The translations under genes and the position numbers were made by a program. Source: Bdellovibrionales bacterium (lineage in GTDB: Bacteria > Bdellovibrionota > Bdellovibrionia > Bdellovibrionales > JAGQZY01). From it: a stretch of 64,000 bases of DNA. Shown here one piece after another: positions 9,846 to 18,675 of the stretch. The stretch covers positions 13,369-77,368 of the forward strand of contig JANPLN010000067.1 of NCBI GenBank assembly GCA_031426555.1. Direction: 5' to 3'. The notes beneath the pieces are model-generated. The model worked only from the letters and a program-made list of their open reading frames with translations. It was not told the DNA's origin and did no database searches. The first letter of the stretch is position 1; the number at the start of each line of letters is the position of its first letter.

Positions 9846-9863
9846 CTGTTGTAACCGGGGAAC

Positions 9864-9900
9864 GTCTCAAGTCGACACTTCTACTGTCTCATTTTGATAC
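9864..9900. promoter_or_regulatory. Two tandem imperfect palindromic operator sites, 22 bp apart
   Basis: GTCTCaagtcGACAC (9864-9878) and GTCTCattttGATAC (9886-9900). Confidence 0.55.
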
Positions 9901-9902
9901 AT

Positions 9903-11960
9903 TTAATCAGCTGGTGGTGGATTTAAGATGGGCCCGCTCAGGCCGGGGCCACCAAGTTCTGAATCCACTGAGACCAAATAGTTTTTAGATACAATCTTCA
10001 CCGAGTAACCCGAGCGACCCCCTTGCGGACAGCCGCCGGGGCTCGGTCGCGCCATGACGTCGGAATCATTGCGCAGCAAGCATTTTCCAAAGTCATTGGG
10101 AAACTCGTAATTCACAGCGCCGTTTTGTGTCCACCCTGTTAAAATCTGATTGGGTGATTCCACCTGAAAGAATGGAAAGGTGTTAGAGTACACCTGTGCC
10201 GACGACGTGATTTGATCCACGATACTATAGGGTTGACGGTTTTCAGAACCAAGATCGACAAAATATTTGCTGAATTGATCTTTGGTACTAAAATGCACAT
10301 CATCCGTATTAAAAAAGTTCGCCATGTACTGGCCTTCGATCGAATAGTACGTGATATCAAAAAGATCGGGTGCGATGGCCGATAATTCCATGTAACGAAT
10401 GGGATCGCCCGTGACGCCGGCATTATTTGTTCTAGCTAAAGAATCTGGTTGAGAATCAAACTCATCGGGATCGCCAATGTGGTTGTAATGAGCGAGCGCA
10501 AGCATCGGCGGAAGTCGGTTGGGATTGGCTCCTTTAATAATTGTATTGGTTACGTAATTGTACATTGCACCCAAAGCGTATCTTGAATTCAGCCCATGGA
10601 GATCGCCGGGATATTTGGAGTAATTCACCAAATCATCTTCCGAAGCGCCACCCAGGCGCTGACCCGAAATAGATCTGGCCGGCAATAATGGATCCACTCG
10701 ATCCAACCCTTGCGACGTCGGGCTGCCCGAGGGCCATTGCTTGCTGTACCACGGACCGATGCGCCCACCGAAAGGTTTTGCAAACGACTCCGCTTTTAAT
10801 GTGGTCACCCCCCCAAAGGGAGCAAATATTTTTCGCGGCTGCGTTTGTGCCGACAATTTTATAAACGGCATGCACCATGGATTTTTTTCGACGCCTGACT
10901 TAATAGGATTGTCGTTCGTCCACGCAGTAGAAAGAAGCGCGTTGTTTCTGCCACCGACCAACGCAAGGTAATCTGGTGGAGGTAGAATGTTTACTGCTGG
11001 GCCACGGTTAGAGGTCACTGTCGTATCGCAGCGACCTGGGCCAGCAAGCCAAATCATTCGAACGTAAGTCAACAAAGGATACAGCTCCACATCTGGTAAC
11101 CAAAAATTAGGATCGCTACACGGACCCTCCATGTCGCTCGACAGTGAATTCAATAATTTGATTTGCACGGTTTCTCTCTGCGGCTCGGTGAGATTTTTTT
11201 TAAGCGTGTTAAGTGTTCCGTTAAATACTGAACCACCGAGATGATCCTGCATCTCAGTCCCCGGCGCACTCAGCTTTGTAGACAGTGCACGAATCATTTG
11301 CATGCGTCGGTCGGCTTCGAGAACATAGGCTGTTAAAAAGGTTGCAGCCACCTGCCAATTCAAAACACTGACGGTTTTGCATTTAAGCTCAAAATTATCA
11401 GAAATCGTTTGTAAAAAATCATTCAGGCCTCCAATGAGTCCCAGAGGGTCACCGCCACCGCCGACCGGTGGAACTACAGTGATTCCGTCTAAATTCTGAC
11501 ACAAGGAACTCGCATTCGGACCTTCGGTAATTCCATATTCGTACCAAAGCGTACTCCCGATGCACACACCCGGCGCATGGTTGTTGACTCCAAGTTTAGG
11601 AAAAAACGGTTGAGTTTCATCACCCACCGGGGGATTTGTAAAAATAGGATGTCGTGGGAGCAAAGCGTTCGCACCCATCCCAATCGAAACACTTCCAAGA
11701 ACACGAATGCGAAAAGTTAACAGCTTAAATGCTTGCCGAATTTGATAATTAATGTGTGCAATTTGATTCAGCATCTCACTTTGTTTTTGAGCGGCGTAGT
11801 AAGCGGCGATATCAGTGGAGTTTTGCAAATTGATTTTATCGTAAACAACAAGCCCCACGTTGATCGACATCGCAAAAAACACAAAAAGAACTTGAAAGAT
11901 CAGCACTAAAAAAAGCGCCATTTGTCCCTTTTGATTTTTTAATGGATTCTGTCGTTTCAT
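9903..11960 (-). CDS. Large TadG-like minor pilin / Tad-domain protein
   Basis: Prepilin-like NQKG|QMALFLVLIF, hydrophobic helix, then Tad motif INLQNSTDIAAYYAA. Start moved to ATG 11960. Confidence 0.8.
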   Translation of the reverse strand: MKRQNPLKNQKGQMALFLVLIFQVLFVFFAMSINVGLVVYDKINLQNSTDIAAYYAAQKQSEMLNQIAHINYQIRQAFKLLTFRIRVLGSVSIGMGANALLPRHPIFTNPPVGDETQPFFPKLGVNNHAPGVCIGSTLWYEYGITEGPNASSLCQNLDGITVVPPVGGGGDPLGLIGGLNDFLQTISDNFELKCKTVSVLNWQVAATFLTAYVLEADRRMQMIRALSTKLSAPGTEMQDHLGGSVFNGTLNTLKKNLTEPQRETVQIKLLNSLSSDMEGPCSDPNFWLPDVELYPLLTYVRMIWLAGPGRCDTTVTSNRGPAVNILPPPDYLALVGGRNNALLSTAWTNDNPIKSGVEKNPWCMPFIKLSAQTQPRKIFAPFGGVTTLKAESFAKPFGGRIGPWYSKQWPSGSPTSQGLDRVDPLLPARSISGQRLGGASEDDLVNYSKYPGDLHGLNSRYALGAMYNYVTNTIIKGANPNRLPPMLALAHYNHIGDPDEFDSQPDSLARTNNAGVTGDPIRYMELSAIAPDLFDITYYSIEGQYMANFFNTDDVHFSTKDQFSKYFVDLGSENRQPYSIVDQITSSAQVYSNTFPFFQVESPNQILTGWTQNGAVNYEFPNDFGKCLLRNDSDVMARPSPGGCPQGGRSGYSVKIVSKNYLVSVDSELGGPGLSGPILNPPPAD

Positions 11961-12021
11961 TATAGTTTTACCCCGTCGTTTTATTTTGACACTCGCTCTC
12001 AATGTAGGCCACCCTAGATAT

Positions 12022-12789
12022 ATGAAACCCATCCTTCACTTGACCAAAGTCCTAGTTGTTTTTCTGTTCTGTCTTCCCGCCTCCGCGGAAGTTCTCTTTG
12101 AGGGCTACTACAAGCTCACTTTTGGCGCCGAACATATCGGCTATATCATCCAGCGCTACGAATTGAACTCCGCGGAAAAAACCTTTGTATCGACAAATTT
12201 TTTATTAACCAAAACCGCCGAAGGCACCACCACCGAAAGCCTTTCCGCCAAGGCCAACACAAAACTCGAACCCATGAGTTACCAGTACACCCGCCTCGAG
12301 GGCACGAAAACAAAAGCCATTGATGCCATCGTTAAAAAAAATAAACTTGTTTTAAAAATTGTCGAAAACAACAAAGCCCAGGCCAAAGAGCTTACAATTT
12401 CTACCAGCGTGTTTTTTAGCACGTTCCTCCCCCATCTTATGCTCAAAAATCCAAAGGGCTTGTCCGTTGGCAATAAGTTTTCCTACGAAGCTGTGGCCGA
12501 AGAAGATGGTGCCGTGGAGAAAGGCGAAGTGTTTGTTAAGGAACAAGTGAAAGAGCGCGGCCTGGATACCTTTCGCACGCTCAACACTTTTAAAAAAGAG
12601 CAATTCGTCAATTGGGTCAATTTTAAAGGCGAGTCCATTAAAACTGAAGTGCCCAGTTTAAATTTAACAGCAGAACTCGTCACTGAACCTAAACAGGCCT
12701 ATGGAGCACTGCCGTTTAATACCAGCACCATTCAATTGCTGTTCGGAAAAGTTCCCGAAGGCAAAATAAATATGCTCAGCAAACAATGA
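12022..12789 (+). CDS. Secreted beta-rich hypothetical protein, coupled to ABC permeases
   Basis: Signal peptide ending PASA; ATGA overlap with the next gene. Confidence 0.75.
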   Translation: MKPILHLTKVLVVFLFCLPASAEVLFEGYYKLTFGAEHIGYIIQRYELNSAEKTFVSTNFLLTKTAEGTTTESLSAKANTKLEPMSYQYTRLEGTKTKAIDAIVKKNKLVLKIVENNKAQAKELTISTSVFFSTFLPHLMLKNPKGLSVGNKFSYEAVAEEDGAVEKGEVFVKEQVKERGLDTFRTLNTFKKEQFVNWVNFKGESIKTEVPSLNLTAELVTEPKQAYGALPFNTSTIQLLFGKVPEGKINMLSKQ

Positions 12790-13706
12790 CCTATTTCTTC
12801 CGCCGCCTCACATCGTTAATACCAGTTATGTTTGGCGTTGTGACCATCACCTTTTTTTTAATTCACATGATCCCCGGCGATCCCGTGGACATTATGCTCG
12901 GCGACTACACCAGCCAAGCTGATCGAGCGGCATTGCGCAAAGAACTCGGTTTAGACCAACCGCTTTTTGCTCAATATAAAAACTATCTCTGGCGGAGTTT
13001 GCATTTGGATTTTGGGCGCTCCTTGCAATCGCAAAAACCAGTGTTTAAAGAAATCCTCGATCGCGTGCCCGCAACTTTCGAGTTAGGGCTTGCAGCTCTC
13101 CTTCTCGCAGCCTTTGTTGGGATTCCCCTGGGTGTTGCGGCTGCAATTAAAAAAAACACATGGCTGGATCAACTCATTCTTGTCATCGGCTCCCTCGGTT
13201 TATCATTTCCGTCGTTGTGGTCAGGACCACTTCTCATTTGGCTTTTTGCCATTGAATTAGATTGGCTCCCCATTGGCGAACGCGAGAGCTGGGACAGCTT
13301 AATCTTGCCCTCTGTTTCCCTTAGTATTGGTTTGATTGCGTTGCTTATGCGTATGACCCGCAGCTCAATGCTCGACGTAATGAAGGAAGACTACATGTCC
13401 GTGGCACGCGCCAAGGGTTTGCCCGCTTACAAAATTTATTTTTTGCACGGACTTACAAATGCCATTATTCCTGTGCTCACATTGCTAGGACTCATGCTGG
13501 GGGCCCTTCTCACCGGCACGGTCATCGTTGAAACAATTTTTGACTGGCCAGGAATCGGTCTTTTGCTTTATCAATCCATCCAAAATCGTGATTACCCGCT
13601 GGTTCAAGGCTGTGTGCTGTTTGTGTCGGTGATTTATTTGTTTGCCAATTTTTTTACAGATTTAGCATACGGTTATTTCAACCCTAAAATCAGGTTGGAA
13701 TCATGA
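12786..13706 (+). CDS. Peptide/nickel ABC transporter permease (DppB/OppB family)
   Basis: PGDPV, RKELGLDQPL, EAA loop DYMSVARAKGL, VETIFDWPGIG, RDYPLVQG. Confidence 0.92.
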   Translation: MTYFFRRLTSLIPVMFGVVTITFFLIHMIPGDPVDIMLGDYTSQADRAALRKELGLDQPLFAQYKNYLWRSLHLDFGRSLQSQKPVFKEILDRVPATFELGLAALLLAAFVGIPLGVAAAIKKNTWLDQLILVIGSLGLSFPSLWSGPLLIWLFAIELDWLPIGERESWDSLILPSVSLSIGLIALLMRMTRSSMLDVMKEDYMSVARAKGLPAYKIYFLHGLTNAIIPVLTLLGLMLGALLTGTVIVETIFDWPGIGLLLYQSIQNRDYPLVQGCVLFVSVIYLFANFFTDLAYGYFNPKIRLES

Positions 13707-14509
13707 AGTTTCCCTGGCAGCTTCGCATTGGACTTTTTTTGATCGGAAGCATTTTGCTTTTAGCCATTGCGGCCCCATTGATCGCTCCGTTTGATCCCAC
13801 CGCCATCCAATTGGAAAATCGTTTTCAACCCCCAGGAAGCACCAATTGGTTTGGCACCGATCAAAATGGTGTTGATGTGTTAAGCCAAATTTTATATGGG
13901 GCCCAGGTTAGCCTCGCCATTGCTTTGAGCGTGGTAAGTATTACCTTGTTCGTCGGCCTCCTGTTGGGCTCCGTCGCCGGGTTCGGTGGCGGTCTCTACG
14001 ACCAACTGCTCATGCGTTTTGTAGATATGATTTTTGGCTTTCCCGGTTTCTTGCTCATTTTGGCCATCGTGGCTGTTTTGCAGGAAGCCTCCGTACCCAA
14101 TATGATCTTCGCGCTGTGTTTAACAGGTTGGGCCTCCTATGCGCGGCTCGTTCGCGGGGAAATTTTACATCTTAAAGAAAAAGAACACGTCCTCAACGCT
14201 TTAGCGCTGGGGTTGCCGAAATGGCGCATTCTGGTTTTTCACATTTGGCCCAATCTGATTGGACCTTTGGTCATTCAAGCATCCTTTGGCCTCGCTGTGA
14301 CGATCATCACCGAATCAAGCCTCAGCTTTTTGGGGCTCGGAGTCTCGCCAAAAACTCCAACTTGGGGCTCTTTATTAGGGGCGGGACGCCAGTATCTGAT
14401 TGAAGCCCCGCATTTGAGTTTTTTCCCAGGGCTATTTATCGTTCTTTTGGTTTTGGGATTTAATCTTCTTGGCGATGGGCTGCGCGAAACCCTTGACCCC
14501 AAAAAGTAG
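13703..14509 (+). CDS. Peptide/nickel ABC transporter permease (DppC/OppC family)
   Basis: FGTDQNGVDV, ESSLSFLGLG, FNLLGDGLRETLDPK. Confidence 0.92.
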   Translation: MKFPWQLRIGLFLIGSILLLAIAAPLIAPFDPTAIQLENRFQPPGSTNWFGTDQNGVDVLSQILYGAQVSLAIALSVVSITLFVGLLLGSVAGFGGGLYDQLLMRFVDMIFGFPGFLLILAIVAVLQEASVPNMIFALCLTGWASYARLVRGEILHLKEKEHVLNALALGLPKWRILVFHIWPNLIGPLVIQASFGLAVTIITESSLSFLGLGVSPKTPTWGSLLGAGRQYLIEAPHLSFFPGLFIVLLVLGFNLLGDGLRETLDPKK

Positions 14510-14528
14510 GAGCTTCCCCAGGCTCTCA

Positions 14529-14557
14529 TTGCTTTGATCCCCACGGGTTGTTACACT
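14529..14557 (+). promoter_or_regulatory. sigma70-type promoter for nagZ
   Basis: TTGCTT-N17-TACACT with TG extension; AGGAG SD at 14575. Confidence 0.5.
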
Positions 14558-14585
14558 GGCATGCGATAACAGGCAGGAGCTTTGC

Positions 14586-15710
14586 GTGGTAGAAAAAATT
14601 GGCCAACAGTTTATTATTGGAATTCAAGGCCCAAAACTTCTCGAAGAAGAAAAAGAATTCATCACCAAATACAACATCGGTGGCGTAGTCCTCTTTGCCC
14701 GCAATCTTGAATCTCCCGAACAAATTCACGAACTCACCAGCGAACTTCACAGCCTGCGATTGAAAACCCGCGACAAAACTCCCATGTTTGTATCCATCGA
14801 CATGGAAGGCGGCCGCGTTCATCGTTTAAAGCCTCCGTTCACCCAGTGGCCCGCTCTTTCTAAAATTGGCCAAATCGGTTCGTCCACCTTGGCTTTTCGC
14901 TTTGCTTTGCAAATGGGCGAAGAGATGCGCGCCTTCGGAATCAATCTCGACTATGCTCCGTGTTTAGATATTTTAACCAATCCCAAAAACGAAGTGATCG
15001 GCGATCGCTCGCTGAGTTCTGATCCAGAACTTGTGACTCAGCTTTCCACGGCCCTCGTTCGCGGCTACATCAAAGCCAATGTGATTCCCTGTGCAAAACA
15101 CTTTCCCGGCCACGGCTCGGTAGAAGTGGACAGCCACTTTGAGCTGCCAATTTCGAACGACACTTTAAAGATGCTCGACGACAATCAAAGCATGGCACCT
15201 TTTAAAAAAGTTTTTCGCTCGCGCTGCGAGCTCGCGATGACGGCCCATATTCATTTTAAAAAAATTGATCCTGAATGGCCAGTGACCCTCTCACCAATTT
15301 TTTTACAGCAAATCATGCGCGATGTGCTTCGTTATCGCGGTTTAATTATGACCGACGATCTCGATATGAAGGCCCTTGCCAAGTATTACCCAAAAGACGT
15401 AATTCCGGTCCAGGCTCTTTTAGCTGGCGCCAATATTTTGCTCTACTGCAATGACTTTAAATCTCCCGTCACAGCAATGAACTCCGTGGCCAAAGCCATC
15501 AAAGACAAACGCTTGCCGATTCCACTCATCGAAAAAAACTTTTCCGAAATCATGGCCTTTAAACGCAAACACCTCTCAGGCCCGGTGGAACCTTTCCCTC
15601 TCAAAAAGGCTTTGGAAATTATCAATCGCCCCGAGCACAAAGAATTCGCTGCCGCTGTGGCCTCTGGCGATGTGAGTAAGTTTTTACAGGGTGAAGAAGA
15701 AACTGACTAA
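14586..15710 (+). CDS. nagZ: Beta-N-acetylhexosaminidase (GH3), cytoplasmic
   Basis: IDMEGGRVHRL, KHFPGHG, VDSH, TDDLDM; no signal peptide. Confidence 0.93.
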   Translation: MVEKIGQQFIIGIQGPKLLEEEKEFITKYNIGGVVLFARNLESPEQIHELTSELHSLRLKTRDKTPMFVSIDMEGGRVHRLKPPFTQWPALSKIGQIGSSTLAFRFALQMGEEMRAFGINLDYAPCLDILTNPKNEVIGDRSLSSDPELVTQLSTALVRGYIKANVIPCAKHFPGHGSVEVDSHFELPISNDTLKMLDDNQSMAPFKKVFRSRCELAMTAHIHFKKIDPEWPVTLSPIFLQQIMRDVLRYRGLIMTDDLDMKALAKYYPKDVIPVQALLAGANILLYCNDFKSPVTAMNSVAKAIKDKRLPIPLIEKNFSEIMAFKRKHLSGPVEPFPLKKALEIINRPEHKEFAAAVASGDVSKFLQGEEETD

Positions 15711-15760
15711 ATCGCAGTTTCTTTAAAAAATATTTTTGAATTCAAAAACTGTGATTTTTT
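15711..15760 (+). terminator. Possible intrinsic terminator after nagZ
   Basis: ATCGCAGTTT pairs with AAACTGTGAT (one G-U) followed by a T-run; AT-rich loop. Confidence 0.4.
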
Positions 15761-15813
15761 CAATTTAAGGCGATTGTTTTGCAATATTTTTCGCAGTTTG
15801 CTAGCTACTATTA

Positions 15814-16425
15814 ATGAAAACCACTGCCTACGATTCTCGTTACAAATCCAAAACAAACTACTGGGACTTTAAACCATCGTCGATGGCTTACAAGGTTCTC
15901 GAACTGGCCCCACCGCTCAACAAAGAACTCCACTTGCTAGACATCGGCTGCGGCGAAGGCGGCAACGCCATATTCTTTGCGAAAAATGGATACAAAGTCA
16001 CGGGCTTCGATTTCTCCACAGTAGGTTTGCAAAAAACCCAAGAAAGTGCAAAAAAACACAATGTTGATATCCACTGTTTCCATCAAGATATTAACGATTT
16101 TCAGTGCAAAGAAAACTTCGATATTATTTTTTCGTCTGGCACTTTACAGTATCTACTGCCAGACAAACGAGAATCTTTAATCGAAAATTTAAAACTCCAC
16201 ACAAACCAAAACGGGCTTCATGTGTTACACACCTTTGTTAAAAAGCCGTTTGTTAAGTTAGCCCCAGATGCAGAGCCTCAGGAAAACCTGTGGGATTCTG
16301 GCCAACTGTTGTATTTTTATCGAGACTGGAAAACCGAAAACTTTATCGAGGAAATCAAACCCTGTAATTCCAGCGGAGTTTCTCATGCGCACGTACACAA
16401 TCGCCTTTGGACGCGCAAGCCTTAA
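15814..16425 (+). CDS. Class I SAM-dependent methyltransferase (TehB-like)
   Basis: LLDIGCGEGGNAIFFAKNGYKVTGFD. Confidence 0.88.
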   Translation: MKTTAYDSRYKSKTNYWDFKPSSMAYKVLELAPPLNKELHLLDIGCGEGGNAIFFAKNGYKVTGFDFSTVGLQKTQESAKKHNVDIHCFHQDINDFQCKENFDIIFSSGTLQYLLPDKRESLIENLKLHTNQNGLHVLHTFVKKPFVKLAPDAEPQENLWDSGQLLYFYRDWKTENFIEEIKPCNSSGVSHAHVHNRLWTRKP

Positions 16426-16475
16426 AAAGAATGATTTTTCATACGTTGAAAAAACCCTTTTTTAAGTTTTCCAGA

Positions 16476-17654
16476 TTAATTAATCTCTTGAAGTATTTTC
16501 TGTATTTCTGAGTCGCTGCTGGATGCATTTACGTAAAGAGTGTCTTGGCGGAATGCGCTTTTAGCATAGTATGCGAGGTATATTTTTTTAATTTTATCGT
16601 TTTTACTTTTTATAAGTTTTTTATTTTTCCAAACTTTTTCAACGCAATCAATATAGTCGTAAGTTAAATCTTCGTTGAGCATGTTCATTTCAATAGATAA
16701 CTCCTCGGCAAGCGAAAGCTCCATCTCTAAAGCATCCACAACTTTGGGTAATAACGTAAGTCCGGCTCCCTCACTGGCTAACCATAACTTTTTTAAGCTG
16801 CTACGATAAAATTTATTGTCGCTATTTTGATGGCGAATACTTAACTCGTTCACCGAATTTGATGCCAAAACAGCTTCCAATGATGAAGAGTTTTGAGAAA
16901 GTGTCTTTATCACGCGTTCAAATTCTCGGTTTTGATTAACATCATCCAAATCGAATTTCAAAATCACTTTTTTCTTTAAAGGATTTACTCTAGAAAAAAA
17001 CCTAGCCGAAGAAACTAGCTTCTTGTAGGCGATAGAGAAAGCGTCCTGATATTGTTCTTCATTAAGTCTAATTTTTCCATGCTCTATAAAAATATAATCT
17101 GAACTTCCAACCTCTATTAAGTTAATAATTGAAGACAGCTCATTGAGTTTTGCAATATTTTGTTGCCAAAATTTTAGCTCGGCTGAAAGTCTATCAAACT
17201 CTTTTTTTTCAACTCGGTAAAGGTCGATTCCGAGATCTAAATCCAAAAGAAGACTGTTCTGGATATTGAACTTGGCATCAAACAGCACCAGGTAATCTAA
17301 GATGCTCGTGCTCGTGTGGTCTACATCTAAAGTCAGGTGGCTTCTTTTAAATTTAGCAACCGTATAGCTCGAAATAGTTAATCGTTTTATCACTCCCGCT
17401 CTTTGTACGATCTGTGTTTTTACGGAATCCAGACTCTTCCAAAACAAAGGTAGCTTTTCTTCAAAGCTGAGCTCATCAATTGGGTAAGTCGATTGCGTAT
17501 TAAAAATTTCAACCGCAATTCCATGGTCATTTAAATACTGGACTACTGGATGCACAGCAGGATCTACCAGCACAGGTCCCGAAAAGGCCCGGGCATTAAA
17601 GTTTAATAGAATTACCAATGAAAAAAGAAACGTTTTGATACTTGGGTGTTGCAC
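16476..17654 (-). CDS. Secreted hypothetical protein, AT-rich, probable internal repeats
   Basis: GTG start with AAGGAG SD, signal peptide ending ARA, 392-aa ORF. Confidence 0.75.
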   Translation of the reverse strand: MQHPSIKTFLFSLVILLNFNARAFSGPVLVDPAVHPVVQYLNDHGIAVEIFNTQSTYPIDELSFEEKLPLFWKSLDSVKTQIVQRAGVIKRLTISSYTVAKFKRSHLTLDVDHTSTSILDYLVLFDAKFNIQNSLLLDLDLGIDLYRVEKKEFDRLSAELKFWQQNIAKLNELSSIINLIEVGSSDYIFIEHGKIRLNEEQYQDAFSIAYKKLVSSARFFSRVNPLKKKVILKFDLDDVNQNREFERVIKTLSQNSSSLEAVLASNSVNELSIRHQNSDNKFYRSSLKKLWLASEGAGLTLLPKVVDALEMELSLAEELSIEMNMLNEDLTYDYIDCVEKVWKNKKLIKSKNDKIKKIYLAYYAKSAFRQDTLYVNASSSDSEIQKILQEIN

Positions 17655-17668
17655 GTTGGCTCCTTGGA

Positions 17669-17696
17669 GAATCGGTAGTGCTTTTAGTATTCCTTA
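17669..17696 (-). promoter_or_regulatory. Possible sigma28-type promoter
   Basis: Minus strand TAAGG-N15-ACCGATTC, same spacing as the site at 9818-9845. Confidence 0.45.
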
Positions 17697-17799
17697 TCAA
17701 ACAACTAACCACACGCTATTACTCAACGCAGAATATTTGAATTGAATCTATCCTGACTTATAAATCTAGTTGGGAGTCAGTATTTCAACTACCCTTTCT

Positions 17800-18399
17800 T
17801 CACCCGTCCCGGTAGGCCGGCAAAAACTTCGTGCGTCGGCGCTCGTGGTAAATCCAATCGTAAAAGTTCGCCAAAAACATATCGCGCCCTTGCTTTCCAG
17901 CGACGGCCTCTTCGCGATTGGCCATAAAATATCCACCGAGAATCAAGTTCTCCTTCTCCGATGAAAGCACTCGCGTGTAAGCCAAGCCTTGCCAAAACTT
18001 ACCAAAGCTCTTTCCTCGCCGAGCGCCCGTTACAAAGCGAGCAATTTGCGCAGTGATTGATTTTAGAAATTTTTGAAAATTTTCCCGCGAACTGATTTTG
18101 ATTTTTAAATGCAAATGGTTACCAACATTGGCTTGGTCGGCCACGCGAACGCCGAACCGTCTTGCTTTTAAACTTATAAGCCTTTGAATAAATATTTTAT
18201 TCTTCGCTGACAGTAAACTAAGCTCACCTCTCGCTTTATCTGATTTCAATACCAAATGGATCCATTTTTTTGTTGATAGTGGTCGTTCAAGTTTGCGATG
18301 ACCTTTTGTTTTAGCTCCGCCATGAACGGTGCGTCCATAGCGCTTTCGCGTCGTTGATGCTTTAAAATATTCAAAAAGGTTCGCTTGTTTCGCTGCCAT
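17800..18399 (-). CDS. HUH Y1 nuclease (IS200/IS605 TnpA- or RAYT-like)
   Basis: WIHLVLKS, NVGNHLHL (HUH), KFWQGLAYTR, putative catalytic Y in GYFMAN. No element ends could be defined. Confidence 0.75.
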   Translation of the reverse strand: MAAKQANLFEYFKASTTRKRYGRTVHGGAKTKGHRKLERPLSTKKWIHLVLKSDKARGELSLLSAKNKIFIQRLISLKARRFGVRVADQANVGNHLHLKIKISSRENFQKFLKSITAQIARFVTGARRGKSFGKFWQGLAYTRVLSSEKENLILGGYFMANREEAVAGKQGRDMFLANFYDWIYHERRRTKFLPAYRDG

Positions 18400-18405
18400 C
18401 GGGGC

Positions 18406-18433
18406 AATATAGTTTCATTCGTAAATTTGTCAA
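18406..18433 (-). promoter_or_regulatory. Near-consensus sigma70 promoter, leaderless geometry
   Basis: Minus strand TTGACA-N16-TATATT-N6-ATG(18399). Confidence 0.6.
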
Positions 18434-18675
18434 TTTACTTACAAGATTGTATCTTTGCGTTGCAGCTAGAAATTGTTGATAAGAATCAATGGCTTCCGCT
18501 CGTTCACTTTGTTATGCAAATTTATCGTTCCAAGCAGATTTAGTTTCTCTAATGCAATATCGTCAGCGGTGCATTCATTAATCTCTTGGTTTTAAATACA
18601 CGGAAGGTGACTACCTCCATGCCCCAAATAAACACATTGCTAGACAACCTGGCTTGCCGCAGATATCACTGCTCT

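Noticed and set aside
17655..18600. Complete IS200/IS605 element or REP/BIME array around the Y1 gene
   Set aside because: No tnpB, no repeated palindromes and no matching left/right end hairpins that I could define.
18434..18675. Cobalamin riboswitch or Fur box upstream of the TonB receptor
   Set aside because: No B12-box or GATAATGATAATCATTATC-like sequence seen; substrate left unassigned.
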